NCBI RefSeq assembly: GCF_009914755.1
Contig: NC_060927.1
DNA length: 64,000 nt
Reading direction: 5' to 3' (one strand)
DNA from: the human T2T-CHM13v2.0 reference genome, Homo sapiens
In this document: piece by piece, positions 25,889 to 40,044 of the stretch
How the letters are laid out: the number at the start of each line of letters is the position of its first letter
Position numbering within the stretch: position 1 is the stretch's first letter
Position numbers and translations under genes: made by a program
The notes under the pieces: generated by a model
Database searches by the model: none
Seen by the model: only the letters and a program-made list of their open reading frames with translations
What the model was told of the DNA's origin: nothing

Positions 25889-26128
25889 TAATGAATTAAA
25901 AAGTCAACAAGAGGAAATCTTTCTCCTAAAGTCAACAATAATTACATGAGAGTTTAAAGTACTTTTGAAAAGAAAGTTTAAACTTTTCTCAGACTGGAGC
26001 TAGACCCAGGAACAAGAAGTGTGTAAGGCACTTCAATTCAAAATAAAACCATGACACAGTCAGTGAACTTAAATTGGGTCTGAAAATCTGCATCCTGACC
26101 CCCATAAAAGTCCACACACATTTAATAA

Positions 26129-26461
<333 letters not shown>

Positions 26462-27290
26462 TAGGTTTGTGGAGGGTCTCAGAGGTGCACACTTAGGCCG
26501 TAAAAACCAGACAACAGGGTTCCCAAGAAGTGGATCAAAGGCGATTGGTGAATCTTATCTGGTCAGTTTTCTAAGGCAGTTGCTGTCAGACTTCTTTTTT
26601 ACTCACTCCCCTTTCTCCATAATTGTCCGAAAGTCCTAGTGGAGAGTAAAGTCAAGTATTCAGCAGTGCTCCTCCCCATCTCTCCTCAACATCCTCATTT
26701 ATTCAGCCAGAATGAATAACAGGCTTTGAAGAAATAAAAGTAGCTTCTCCTCATTAAATCTTGTGGGAAATCCTGACGTTAGAATTCATCTGAGGCTAAC
26801 CATTCCACCTTGTGATCTTTAGGTTTTGAATTCCATTGAAGTTTTCTATCAACCTAAATATTTCCTCCATCTTCATTTTATTTCACATTTCTTGACAGTT
26901 TGGAGGGAAGGATATCAACCGATACTCTGTTTTGTTGGAATAAGTAGAATTGTAGAGCCCTAAAACTTCACAAGTCATTGTTTCCAACTTGATTTAAGAA
27001 TTTTTCCCACACCATACAAAACAGCATGTTCCATGGTTAACAAAGGATCAGCAAAAAAATTGGCATGATAAGTTACATAACCAACCAATAGAAATAACTG
27101 TGTTTCCAAAATACAAATAGAATCTCAAGACACGAAGAAGAACATGGGCATAAAGTCTTAGAGCTCTCAGGACCCTGCTGCAGAGCAGTGCTGTGCCAGG
27201 CTAGCAGAGGCATTTACTGAGTTGTGTAGGTTTGCTGGAGATAGAAGGGCCATGTGTACAGGTGTAGCAGCCACCCTGAGGCAAGACTCC

Positions 27291-27508
27291 AGAATAGCAC
27301 TGTCCCATGGAACCTTCTGCAATGATGGAAATGTTCTATATCTGCAGTGTCCAATACAGTAGCACTAGATATGTGTGGCTAATGAACACTTGAAATGTGG
27401 CTAGTGCTACTGAGGAACTGAATTTTCAATTTTATTTAATTTTAATAGATTCAGATTTAAATAGACCACAAGTAGCAAGTGGCTGCCATATTCGATATCT
27501 CAGCTCTA
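27291..27508. mobile_element. MER3 (hAT-Charlie)
   Basis: CTTCTGCAATGATGGAAATGTTCTATATCTGCAGTGTCCAATACAGTAGC..CACTTGAAATGTGGCTAGTGCTACTGAGGAACTGAATTTT matches MER3. Confidence 0.85.
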
Positions 27509-29858
27509 GAATAGCCCTGTGCTAAGAATGACCAAGAGGCAAGCAAGAATTGGGTGTAAAATGATCCTGGGCTGTAATAGGTCCAGATAAGGGGTGGAAA
27601 GTCACTCCTCTCTCTTCACCTCCTGGTTATTAATTCCTGGTATGTCATCAGATGGCATCAGTTTAAAGAGAACATAATATATGTAGCTCCCATGGCATGC
27701 AAACCTTGTGAGATTATTGAAGCAATACGCTCTGGGGGAAAAATAACTGTTTGACTTTCTGGAATATGTGATATAAGTTCCCAGTCTTTTGTTTTTTTAA
27801 TCATAAATTTTAACACGATCCATTTGGTTTGTCTGGAAATTTCCAGATGTAGAAATATCATGTCCTCATGCTTATCACTGATAAGAGCCCAATAAAACTA
27901 TTTGACCATTGATCCCAAATTCCATCATCTGAGCCCAGCTCAGTATCATCCCATCTCCCTCAGGATATCTGAGAAGACATCGGACTGGCAAACGGTAAGT
28001 CGTGTTACCTTACTTTTCTGGCTTATGGTCTCTGGGATTTACTCAACAAGTCTCACTTTCCCCATGTTCTTAGCCAATTGACTAACTACGGAAGCCTAGA
28101 GATCACAGCACGCACTTTCTGGGAGCCCTACATTTGCCAATCAGTTTATAAGGGGAATGAATATACATTTCCAAATTGATCACTTGTAACAAAATAGCTA
28201 ACATAATCATGCCTCTTATTCTGCTGTCATGATATCACTGGTAAACCATGGTAAACAGTTTTGTAGTTTTCTAAATAGCTGAAAATCTACCTACCAGTTA
28301 CAATATATAGTTCTAAGAAATCCTTTTAAAAAATCAAATTAAACCATAGAGAATCTCGCATGCTGTAAATCGAGGAATAAATCCAACTATCAAGAACACA
28401 GCTACCCAGCACATATTATCGAGTTAGAATATTATGAAGAAAGAAAAAGAAAATAACAACTAGCCTCTCAACAACCAGAGAAGATGCCACAAAAATTAAG
28501 TTCTTGTCTTTTCATAGAAGCATCTTTCTATCCTCCCTAACAACCTCTTTACCTCTTGATTATATAGTTTGTAAGCCCACAGCTATTTAGAAACAGCAAA
28601 CAAGAATCAAGAACTTGAGTGAGTAGTGGGATACCAGCAGCTGTCTAAAGAAGACAAACTGCAAAAACAGTAGGCAATAGAACCAAAAAAAAAAAAAAAA
28701 AAACCTCATAGTGGTCAAGGGCTACTCAGTATTGGTGCAAACCATTCTGTATCCCACCATAGGGCCCAATACAGCCACTGTGTTACAGCATAGCATACTT
28801 AATATTAGCAGTAACCCTGAGTCATGAATATGTTCCGCACTAAAGGCAAATAACTGTACTGCATTTAGAAAGCTATTGACCAAAAATAAATTAATGGTTT
28901 AATTATCTGCAATTTAAGGAAATATCTAAGAAAATCAAGCTTCATATTAATTTCCTACAGGATCTGTGGGCTGTCTTTACTGTACTCATAATGTATGCTT
29001 TCTGCTTGTGTCCTACAAATTTTGATTAATGAAGAAAACATAACACCTCTAAAATCTCTAGTAAATAAGAGATAGAATGGCAGTTAGCCAACTTAGAAAA
29101 TGCAGGAATTGTAAACTCTAAGGGACAGCTTAGAGGGGAGAACATCTTTCACTGCATAATCAGGTACCTGGCACATAAGTAAACATTGAGTAAATATTTG
29201 TTTGGTAGGTGAATGCATGGATGAACAAACTGAAGATAAAATTACTATTTGCAGACTTATGGCTAATACCATTCAAGTCATAATTTAATCTTTTGTTTGT
29301 AAAAGTCTCAAGACAGAGAAAACCATTAGGTATGATTTTTTCCCCATCACTACAAGAACCATCTGGAAGAGCAAAATAACTTAATTTCTACATGAAGGAG
29401 TTTCTTGGAAGCTTCTTACTGGCTGGACCATGCAGTTGTCCTAATACTTATTTATTCTTCAGAAATACTTCTCCGAAATTGTCACTTCTGAATATGAAAA
29501 AAAATCAAAGGATGCTTTTTAACCCCAATTGTTTGTATTATTCCAAAGTTGCAATTAAGCATTGTCTAACGGAAACATGCTCCTCTCATTTCTAGTGCAT
29601 AGCTCAGGTTATCTGCCTGTAATCCAGAGAGAGCCTATGGGAGGGAGAGCAGGAGGAAGGAATATTGGGAGATTGAGAGATTGAGAGAGAAAGGGATTGA
29701 GATTGACACGACCTTGCTAACTTAATTAGCTAAGTCACTAGAAAATTAGCACCTAGACCAAGGGTTATGTGGTGAATACATATCTTAACTAGATAGTATT
29801 GATCTGTCTAAATGGTGTCACTTTGAAAAATTGCAACCAGGATTAGTTCTCTCTCTTG

Positions 29859-29861
<3 letters not shown>

Positions 29862-29900
<39 letters not shown>
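29862..29900. repeat. (TG)n microsatellite, about 19 units
   Basis: Uninterrupted TG run. Confidence 0.95.
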
Positions 29901-29901
<1 letters not shown>

Positions 29902-31554
29902 TGTGATCTGTCTGTCTCAAGGACCTTTGTCTTTATAGGTATTGAATGGGGAAATTCCCCAGCACCAAAACTTCTTTAAAGAACAGTTTAATATGTAGAA
30001 TTTAATACCTGCAAACATTGGCTTTAACACAAACCGGAGACTGAAGTGGAATGATACTTCGTTTTGCCCTCCACTCTCCCCATTTTGCACTACTTCTCTT
30101 TCCTACAGAAATAACTATATAATCATGAAATTTACTTATCTACACAAGACTTAGACCTATTTTGATTGCATTTTATAAGCATTCCTGGAGCACTCAGACA
30201 GGAGAATATATTCCATTAGTAGATCCCTAGACAGTAATGATTTTGTTAATGCAGTCTTCCCATTTTGCCTAGCATACAACTTGTAATTCAAGAAAATAAT
30301 TTGTTTTCAGCTTGCTGTTATTAGATTTGCAACTTTGCTGTGGACAGCTTTTTGTTTAAAATGCTCATCACCTTCTGTTAAATCTGAACTTCTTCCTTTT
30401 TGGTTTTTTGGAGATAGGGTCATATGTGAGTCTGAGCAATAACATTTTCATAAAATCTCTACTCCCAGCGCTCAGAGGGTCCTCTCAACCATCAAGTACA
30501 ACCCTCTCCATGTACAGACAAGGAGACAATCCCAGAGGAGTCGTTACTTGCCCAGTGTGCGCCCCTCCCCTTTCCTTAAAAGTGAGGATTTAGATTCCAG
30601 GGCTTGGTCTCCCACTTCAGCACTCTCTCCCCTTCTCTCACTCCCTAGACCACCAATGGTGGCTGCCACATCTGGCTGGTTTAATTCATAGTGAAACAGC
30701 TTCCATGTGGATCTTAGAATTTGATGAATATTTCTACCCATTTCTCCCAGAGCTATGTCATTCTTGTGCCACACCCCTACAACAATTACCTGAAATAAAT
30801 CAGTTTTCAGCAAGGTCTAGATTTTCAAATTAGGGACCAACCACCAAGGTTAGATGCCCCTTCTGCACACTCCCTCCCTCCAGGCTTGGCTGGAAGCTAT
30901 TAGATTTGGCCTTGGCCACCAGCCACTGCCCTCCCAACCTGGTGTTCCCTGCTCCGAAGGAGCAGGACCAGAGATGTGTGAGGTTGAACTGGGAGCACTG
31001 ACCAGGCCAGGGTCAGCCAGGAGCAGTGAGGGGTGAGCAGCAGGGGTAAAATCGAGGCTGGGGAATTTAGGGAAGGGCACCCCAATGAGCGACTGAACCA
31101 CAGCCACATTTCAGTCAACTTCCCAGAGTTCCTCCCTTGGGCCAAAGGTGGCTAGATTGGAGATGAAGCTGGTACCCTGTGATTGAACCCAGCCTCTGCC
31201 CTCTGGGTTCTGAGAATGACATATCTGTCTGCAATAAGGGTGGAGGTGGGCACAAGTGGAGCACAAAGAAAATAGCCTCAGTTGGAGAGTAGGAAAGGCC
31301 TCATGGAGAAGGGGGCATTTGAGATATAATTTAAATAAGGGGTGGGATTTTTACAGGCAGGGATGGCTTCCTTGATGATGGAATAAAGTTTGAACAAAGG
31401 CCCTGCAAGGGAGAAAAGTGGTGAAGTCTAGCAGGGAGGTTGAGAGAGGCAATAGGGGGTTTGGGAGTGGGGCTCCATCCTGGGTCTTGGGAAGCAGAGA
31501 GAGGTCTCATTGTCGCACTCCCAGGTAGGCTGGGTCTTCTCACATCCATGTCTG

Positions 31555-31885
31555 TAAGACGAGGAAAAGAAAGGAGAGGTGGTGGGCAGAGATAGTGCAA
31601 TTCAGAAATGTAGGGAGAGACAAAAGGAAAGGAGGAGAGAGAGCTAGGTGGATAGAGGATAAGTGAGAAAACCATGAAGTGGACAGATAATAAGGAGAAA
31701 GGAAGAGATAGAGAAGGAGAGAAGCAGGAGAGCCAGAGGGAGGCAATGACGGTGGGAGGGTGGATAGGTAGGTAGGGTAGGTAGTCAGGCAGGTAGGTAG
31801 GTAGGTAGATCCATCTGCGGAAAGAGGCCCTAGGGAAAGGGGAGGGGATGAGGAGAAGGAGATCGAGGGAAAGAGATGGATAAAG
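31555..31885. repeat. Purine-rich low-complexity tract including (GGTA)n at about 31762-31808
   Basis: G/A-dominated sequence with GGTAGGTAGG runs. Confidence 0.8.
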
Positions 31886-32206
31886 ACCTAGACCTTCCCA
31901 GAGCTACCATCCTGTTGAGGGAGAATGAGCAAGGTGGTGTTTTTCAAACCATTTTTATCATGAACCAAAGAAAAAGACTGTACATTATGCCCTGATATAC
32001 GCATGCATATATGCTATATATAACAGGGAAGTTAAATTTTGAAAAACACCTGCATTATGTGTGATGCACTGTGGTATTTTGTGTTAGGCTCTATTTCTTC
32101 CTCCTCCTCTTTTTTAAAATTCTGGTTGCCACCCATAAATTGATTTTACAACCCCTTGAAACACAAGGGGGGTGTTGATCCATGGCTGCACGGCAGAGCG
32201 CTAGCT

Positions 32207-32219
32207 CCACCAGGTGGTG
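32207..32219 (+). promoter_or_regulatory. Candidate CTCF core motif
   Basis: CCACCAGGTGGTG versus consensus CCASYAGRKGGCR, one mismatch. Motif only, no occupancy evidence. Confidence 0.35.
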
Positions 32220-35079
32220 AGAGAAGGGATGTGCAGTTCAGGCCACTGGGGAAAGGCCGCCCTGTCAGGCTGCTGCTACCTTTTCCTCCCTCTTTGCCCC
32301 TCCTACCCCTTCCCAACACACACACCCTTGCTTAAAATGTGCATGTTCTATGCTTTCTAAGCTTCTTCCCCCACTCCAAATGCCTTTGGTGTTAGTGGTT
32401 TCTCACGTATGGAAAATCATAGAATTATCAAATATAAAAGCCCGAGAGAAATCGTTAAAGATAATCTAGTTCTCCCTTGCTCTATAGAAACTGAAACTTA
32501 CAAAGGTTTATGATCTGCCCAAACCAAAATTAGTGACACAGCCAAAGAATCCAGCTGTCATTTTCTTAATAGTCAAATGTTAAGGAAAGAGGAAGGGGAA
32601 GGCCTGTTGTGATTTTTCTTTGGTCCCCAAACGCACACTTGAAGAGGTAACTTGCAGAACCCATCAGAGGAGCCCTATACAAATGTAGCTGTGGTCTTGT
32701 TACTGTTGTTTGTGTTTTCAGTAAGCTATCAACATTGGGGCTGATTATAGACGTTAGGGAATACCCAAAACAAGACAAAGTCTAAACACTTCGTTTGGAT
32801 GTGTCAAAGTAATGTTAATTTTTGTTTTACACACTAACTTCTTAGCATCCATGCCTGGTTGCTAAACACCACCTTATTGGAGATGAGTAACATTAAGCAT
32901 AAGATTAATCTTTTGTATTTTATTTTAACATTAAACTTGGTATATATCTATGCAAATAACTTTATTCATCTGATCACACAAATTAGACAAAGTTAGAAGA
33001 TATTGGCAAAAACATATTCAACAGGTAACCATGCAGCAAGGTAAATTTTGCTGCTTGTGGTTGGAGGCTGAGAGTGTGATGTGCTGAATGGGCGTCCAGC
33101 CCTGCAGACCTTTCCTCTTCATCCCTAACCTGAGCTAAAGTGTCAAGTGTGAAATGAAGGGACAAAGCCAGGTGCTTCTCATGGCTCAGCCTGGGTGATC
33201 CAACTGTGCTGGAACTGTTACATGAAAAATCCAGCACCTTTCCCTGAGTGTACATGACCCTCCATTAGTTTAATACCTGCTCCAGTATGCTAACCGGCTA
33301 TCTTAGCCCCTATGGTCTAGAGCCTCTTATGTTCTAGGCTCTGAATCTGCCTGGTCATTAATGGATTCTTTAGAAATAATCTCTAGCTCTACTTGCATGA
33401 AGGCAGTTACCCAGCCTTGCTTTGAAAAGAAGGCAATGTCCTGGACTTCCTATAAATACATGAACCTCACACCTTTCTCCCCACCCCATTTCCGACTTAA
33501 TTTTTAAATGTATGCTCCACGTTGTTCCTCTTTTTCCCGTTGCCACAACAGGCCCCTTCCCCTATCACCACCTCTGGCGTTCCAACAAGCAAATGCACAT
33601 TGACATACAAGGTCATCAAATAGTTATTTCCATTTAGATGCAGACTGCACCCTTGATGTAAAGTCTGTTTGCTGACAAGATTGTGCGCTCCTTAATGAAG
33701 GATACACTTCCCCAGAAGCAGTGAGATTTTAGACCAAATTCATCTTCAGAGAGAATAACAGAACCAGTCCAGTACCTTTGAAATAGTGCTGTTTCTATCA
33801 TATTTAATGACAAAACTCAGAAAGCTTTCTGTTAATAAATGCCAGCAGTTTCATTTCCCAGGATTGTGTACAAAGCCAAAAGGAAGCATTTTCCTCATAA
33901 AGTAACTGCATAATATATTAAATTATAATAATTTAATAGAGTAATGGCATTGCCTTGATCTTGACATTTCTTTAAAAGTTTTATTCCTTTCTGAAAGAAC
34001 CCCAGACATTCACACAAATGACTTGCTTTGCTCATTCCTTCACAATTTATTACATGTAATTATTGGAGTAGTGAGGGCCAAATTGCTGCTATAGAACAGC
34101 TAAGGTGAAATGTTTCATCATTTGTGAAGAGAGTTGTGAGCTGTTTTGCTTTAATTTGAATTCATCATGTCTATTTGAAGTAAGTAGAATAATATGGATC
34201 AGACTTACATAATCTGTCATCTTCATAAGCTTCCAATTAAGAAGTAAAACAGAGTTTAATATTGCCACTTACTTTCAACATTTACATTGAGATGGTAATG
34301 AATATCTTATTCAAACTTATCAATTGGTATGCCTGGCACAAGCTGAATAGGTTTTTAAAAAAAAAAATGTTCTTAGCTTTCTCTCCCTAAATTAAATCCT
34401 ATAGAGCCGATGTAGGATTTGCCATCTGGAAGCATCCTGGAATCTAGGACAGTTGCCTTTAAATGCTCATCTATGGACTGGATGTGTGGGAATTACCCAG
34501 GAAGCATTTCTAAACAATGCATTTGCTCAGATAGTAACCCCAGAAGGCAATGTACAACCAGGTGTGGGACCGCTAACTAGAGTTTTCCAAGAGTGTTGTT
34601 CCTTGAGACAAAGTCTGATACTCGCCCCAAAAGTGCTGCAAGCACAAAGAAGTTTGAGAAGCACTGCATATTGTATTTACTTCAGAGGTTTATAGTGTAA
34701 CTCAACATATTATAGGATTTTGGAAGTTCTTCAGCAAAAAAAACCACCTTAGCCCAACATTTCCCAAACAAGGTGACCTTGGAATCTAAATGTTACATAA
34801 TAACCAATCAAGATTTTCCCAGGATATGGTTTAGGAGAAAGTAACCTGCTGCAGATTTTTCAGCAAGGGCTTGGTAGGGAGTTCCCCCTAAATATAAGTC
34901 TCCAGGAGTGGGGAAGAGGGTCAGATACATGTTTACCAAAGAGAATATGAGTTTATTAAGATTGAGAAGCACTGATCATGAAGAACTACTGTTTATTTAG
35001 TGTCTACTGTGTGCCAGGCACTGGGTTGGGTTCTTTTTACCTGTGGATTTATTAAATCCTTACAAGCACCCCCACAAAG

Positions 35080-35080
<1 letters not shown>

Positions 35081-35122
<42 letters not shown>

Positions 35123-35358
35123 TGAGATGGAGTTTCACTCGTGTTGCCCAGGCTAGAGTGCAATGGCGCGATCTCAGCTCACTGCAACCCTCCGCCTCCC
35201 AGGTTCAAGCGATTCTCCTGCCTCAGCCTCCTGAGTAGCTGGGCTTACAGGCGCCCACCACCACGCCTGGCTAATTTTTTGTATTTTTAATAGAGACGGG
35301 GTTTCATCATGTTGGCTAAGCTTGAACTCCTGACCTCAGGTGATCTGCCCACCTCAGC
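35081..35358 (-). mobile_element. Alu, antisense, 5'-truncated, with (ATT)n tail
   Basis: About 13 ATT units, then reverse Alu ending at CCCACCTCAGC. TSD-like CAAAGTT..TTATT on both sides. Confidence 0.93.
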
Positions 35359-35533
35359 AAAGTTGTTATTTAAAGATGAGGAGGATGAAGCTTTGGAAGA
35401 CCCTTTCACAACTGTGACCAAGTGTGAATGCTGATTCTTTAACTTGTGCTCAGTTGTGGGAGGGGAAGAAAGTCAGACCTGGGGGTAGGCAGATGGGTGA
35501 GCTAGTGGTAACTGCTGTTAAAACCTTCATTTT

Positions 35534-35835
<302 letters not shown>

Positions 35836-36230
35836 TCATGAAAATTATATGCTGTGCATTTAATTCTGGTTATAGTATTTTTGCTTCCTGAGGATTTTCA
35901 AATTGTGCATCTTCCCATAGGTTTTTGGTAGCTGCTATCACAAAAGTCAGGGTATTGCTCTATTGAAATTGATCAGATTTTAAATAAAATTGCCAGCACT
36001 GTCTTTCTATCAATGATCAATTCTTTAGACATAATTATCATTGTTTACTTCAAATTAAAGTGACCAGGCCAATTATCCTTGGGTCATAAGTCAAGGAATG
36101 GCTCTCCCTGAGTCATCATGGGTATCCTTGCCACTTCTGACACAATAAAACAATTTTTTATCCTGTGTGGAATGTCCTGATCCAGGCTGTTTTACCATTT
36201 CTTTGGCTACTCTTAAGGGAGAAGGGCCCA

Positions 36231-36384
36231 GGCTGGGCACGGTGGCTCATGCCTGTAATCCCAGCACTTTGAGAGGCCAAGGCAAGAGGACTGCTTGAGC
36301 ACAGGAGTTTGAGACCAGCCTGGGCAACATGGCAAGACCTCGTCTCTATTATTATAAAAAATTGTTTTTAATTTTAAATTAAAA

Positions 36385-36431
<47 letters not shown>

Positions 36432-36450
36432 CTGTGTGTGTGTATATATA
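36231..36450 (+). mobile_element. Alu left monomer/FLAM (36231-36359) followed by a (TG)n/(TA)n microsatellite (about 36385-36450)
   Basis: Single Alu arm ending GACCTCGTCTCTA, then a compound TG run. Confidence 0.88.
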
Positions 36451-37149
36451 TGATGATGAGGCAGATTGATTCTTTTCTCAACAGAAAAGTATATTTCCCT
36501 TTGGGTCTTAAACTAAGTTTGATCCTCAATTATAACATTATATAGCACTTTTTAAAATTTGCACTTTAATGGTCATATAAAGTACATATTAGTTTAAATG
36601 TGTCACTTGTAGTTCTTTAAAAGGTAGCAACAAATATGACACTTTATTGACTTTGAGCACTACATATTTGCATTTCTGAAGCCCAAATATCATTATAATT
36701 ACTCTTTGATTCAGGTCAGAATACTCTAAAATCACATATGTAAGGACAAACTGGGTACAGCTAGGAGTCTCCCAGATTTTTTTTAAATGGCTTTTTGCTT
36801 ATCGCTAAAGCAATGCTCATTTGTCGTAGAAAAAATTAAATTGCAGATGGACAAAGAAGTCATCTATTATCCCATCAATTATTGTTAGCATTTTGGCTTT
36901 CCAAATAGGACTTGCCAAACATCTTTAATTGCACATACATATTTTTAAGCTCCAAACAATGTCATTCTATGTCACGGAAGGAGGAACACATACAACACAT
37001 ATGTGAAATCCATAACCACTTGTAATTAATTATACTGCCAAAATGCGTGGACAATAGAAGCTAGGTAAAGTTAGTCAAATAACATTTTTCCCTCTATGGT
37101 ACAGGTAAGTAGTAGAGTAATGCAGAACCACTTTATATCGTGTATCCTT

Positions 37150-37700
37150 TAATTCAATTTTTGAAGGTAATGTATTGTCACAGTTTTAAAATCAAAATTA
37201 GATAGAAAAGTAAACATTGAGAAGTGTCACCCACCACTGTCCTCTATTCTGTTCCTTCACCTGCTTCCCTGTGGTAATGTCTTTTCTTAGTTTTTTGGGT
37301 TGGAAATAAGAATACGTAATTCCTACTGAGACAAAAAGTTGCATGTTCTACATATTCTTCTGTACCTTTTTCCACTTAGCTTCTCCCGGAGTTCTTCCAT
37401 ATGAAAACATAGAGAGCTGTGTCTTCTTTTCATAGCTGCATAGTATATAGCTCTGTGGATGTACCATAGTTTAAACGCTTTGTTCTTTACAGACCATCTT
37501 TTGCTTGTATAAACAGTGTCACAGTTAATACTCATGTATATACATCATTTTATATGTGTAGAAATAGCTACAGGAAAATTTACAGAATTCAAATTGCAGA
37601 GTCAAAAGATAAGCGCATTCATGATTTAATCGGTACTGTCAAATTGTTCATTGTAAAGATCGTAGCATTTCCACTTCTGTCACTATGTGTCCCCAAAGCC
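37150..37700 (-). mobile_element. Very old L1 (L1ME-like) fragment, antisense
   Basis: TACCTTTTCCACTTAGC, GCTGCATAGTATATAGCTCTGTGGATGTACCATAGTTTA and TTGCAGAGTCAAAAG resemble degraded L1M 3' sequence. Boundaries approximate. Confidence 0.6.
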
Positions 37701-38481
37701 TCATAATCACTTTTTATTTGAAAAATATTTTGTTTTTTACAGCAAATACCATCCTAATAAAGCATGCTGGCTTGTTAGAATTTATATCCTATGAACCCAA
37801 ACCAATGATTTAATACATTATTTTGAAGTCAGTGTAATTATTTCTTTATTATTTATTAATGTGGAAAGGAGCCATGGCACAGATATCCACACTGGTGGAT
37901 AACAGTTGTAATTCAATTCAGCTTTGGAATATATTGTGAATTTTTACCCATTAAGTTTTCTTTCCTAATGGTGTCTGTATTATAAAACATTGTTTAATAC
38001 ATAGTTTTTAGTACAAATTGGCTACTGGTGGAAGACAGAGGCCAAAAATTAGAAAGAGGCCAGTGTAGGCTGAATTTTTTTCTACTTTATCTCTAGGATA
38101 GCGATATTTTATTTTGTTTCTTTGAAATATCTATATTATTTAAAATATTTATGATGTGCTTAGATTACTTGTGTAAAAAAGTAGATTCTTACTTGCTGAT
38201 AAAAAGTCCAACACAAACAAAATATTTTATTATTTACTTTCACTTCTAGAAGTGTTCACTCCGAAAGAATATTATTTTAAGTAGCACTAATTAATCAATT
38301 AACATACATTTTAATGAAATTAGTTCCGACATTAAAAACTGCACCTCACCATCTATCACTTAGACAGTAGAGAAGCCATGTATAAATAATTGAGAAGTTA
38401 TGGTTGTGCTGGCCTCAGTGCAATCCTCTGGGGGGTCAGCTGCACAGAGGTGTCTGATTCAGTCTTTTTCTCCTCTTGCAG

Positions 38482-38551
38482 CATCTTCCTCAAAGAGCTG
38501 GAGAAGTACGAGCAACTGCCTGAGGATGTGGGACACTGCTTTGTTACCTGG
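38482..38551 (+). CDS. KALRN: KALRN exon I (70 nt, phase 2-0), DH1
   Basis: Acceptor ctcttgcag|C and donor TGG|gtaacc. Encodes (N)[23 protein letters not shown]. Confidence 0.96.
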
Positions 38552-38884
38552 GTAACCAACCTGAAATCCTTCTCCCACTGCCCATACACATGGCACCACT
38601 CTTCAGTGCCTGACCTAAGGACTGGAGTCATTGCCAGTCTCACACAAGACCAGGGGCTACTGAGAGGGACCATGAGTAGGTCTGAGAGAAGCCTTGGGAA
38701 AAGTTCTTAGACATCAAGATTAAGCTCCATCTTAAGCTGTCTAAGAACTTTCTAAAATTGTGAGGTTGGAAGAGTGGAACAAGACTACCACCCCTGGCAG
38801 AGGAAATGTGTCAGCTCAGTCCATTAGCTATTGTTACAGGATATGGATTAGGGAATTAGAACTTTAGGAAGCCACCTAACCATT

Positions 38885-39041
38885 TAAAAAAAATTTTTTA
38901 TCTTTAATTTTGTGGATACATGGTAGGTGTATATATTTATGGGGGAGACAAAATATTTTGATACAGGCATGCAGTGTGAAATAAGCACATCATGGAGAAT
39001 GGGTGGGGTGTCCATCTCCTCAAGCATGTATCCTTTGAGTT
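38885..39041 (-). mobile_element. Short 5'-truncated L1MA-like insertion with TSD
   Basis: L1MA 3' end text GTGGATACATGGTAGGTGTATATATTTATGGG..TTTTGATACAGGCATGCA. Flanked by CCACCTAACCATT (38872-38884) and CCACCTAACAATT (39042-39054). Confidence 0.85.
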
Positions 39042-40044
39042 CCACCTAACAATTGGTTACATTTTCTTCTTTAATAGGGAAAAACAGATTTTTTGGGTAT
39101 CCATCCCAATCTGACCCACAAGATGAGTGACTGTTCATCCTCCTTCATGCTGTTATCATGGGCCAAGTAAAGGGGCTGAATGTACCAGATTCTAATTATA
39201 TAAACTGAAACGTTAGTCTTCATTGGCTCTCTACTCCGCATTATTCTGAACTCAGGCTCATGTACAATATATGAATGCAAACATCTCCAGGGAAGTCCAC
39301 TTAGGACACTGAGTGCAAACATGGAAATCCTCCCCCAGGGTCAAGCGTTCTACTATTTAATAATTACCTGATAATAACTTCCACCCATAAGGGGCTAATT
39401 GCCTTTCAAAGTGTCTTCATGATTCAGAGAGTTTATGTTCTCAACAGCCCTATGTGATAGACAACACTATGTTTATGTTTTAGATTTTAAACATGGGAAA
39501 ATTTCAGATAAGATAGGAGGTTGACTAGTTCACTGACATGTAATAAATATCACAGCCAGTCCCACAACTCAAGACCTGATTCTCAGATAAGCTTTTTTTC
39601 ATGAAATCTTAATATTTGCTTCCAAGCACTCTTGTTTCTTCAGAAAGTCTTAGCTACCATCTTATTTTGTTCTAATACATTTTCTACCCCTAAATATATG
39701 AGCCAATACAAAGCTCATATTAATGCTGATAAATAATTTATGATCCCTTGCACAGCAAACATAGAGAATGACAAGATTGACCATTAAGTAAAGGGTTTTT
39801 TTTTTGCATCTTCTTTCATGAAATTTGTGGATTTCCTTTACAATCAGTCATAAGAATGATTTATCATCATCTCCTAGGTAGTACATAGTTCCAAAAACTG
39901 GTTTCAGAAAATTTTTTGATTGGATAAAATATTCATCTTTTGCCAAGAATTATCCCAAGGTGACTTTCTTAAGTCTCATAATCTTAATATATGAGTGTAA
40001 TGCAGAAATGAAGGGTAGAAGAAGTTGTTTGTTATGTATTGAAA

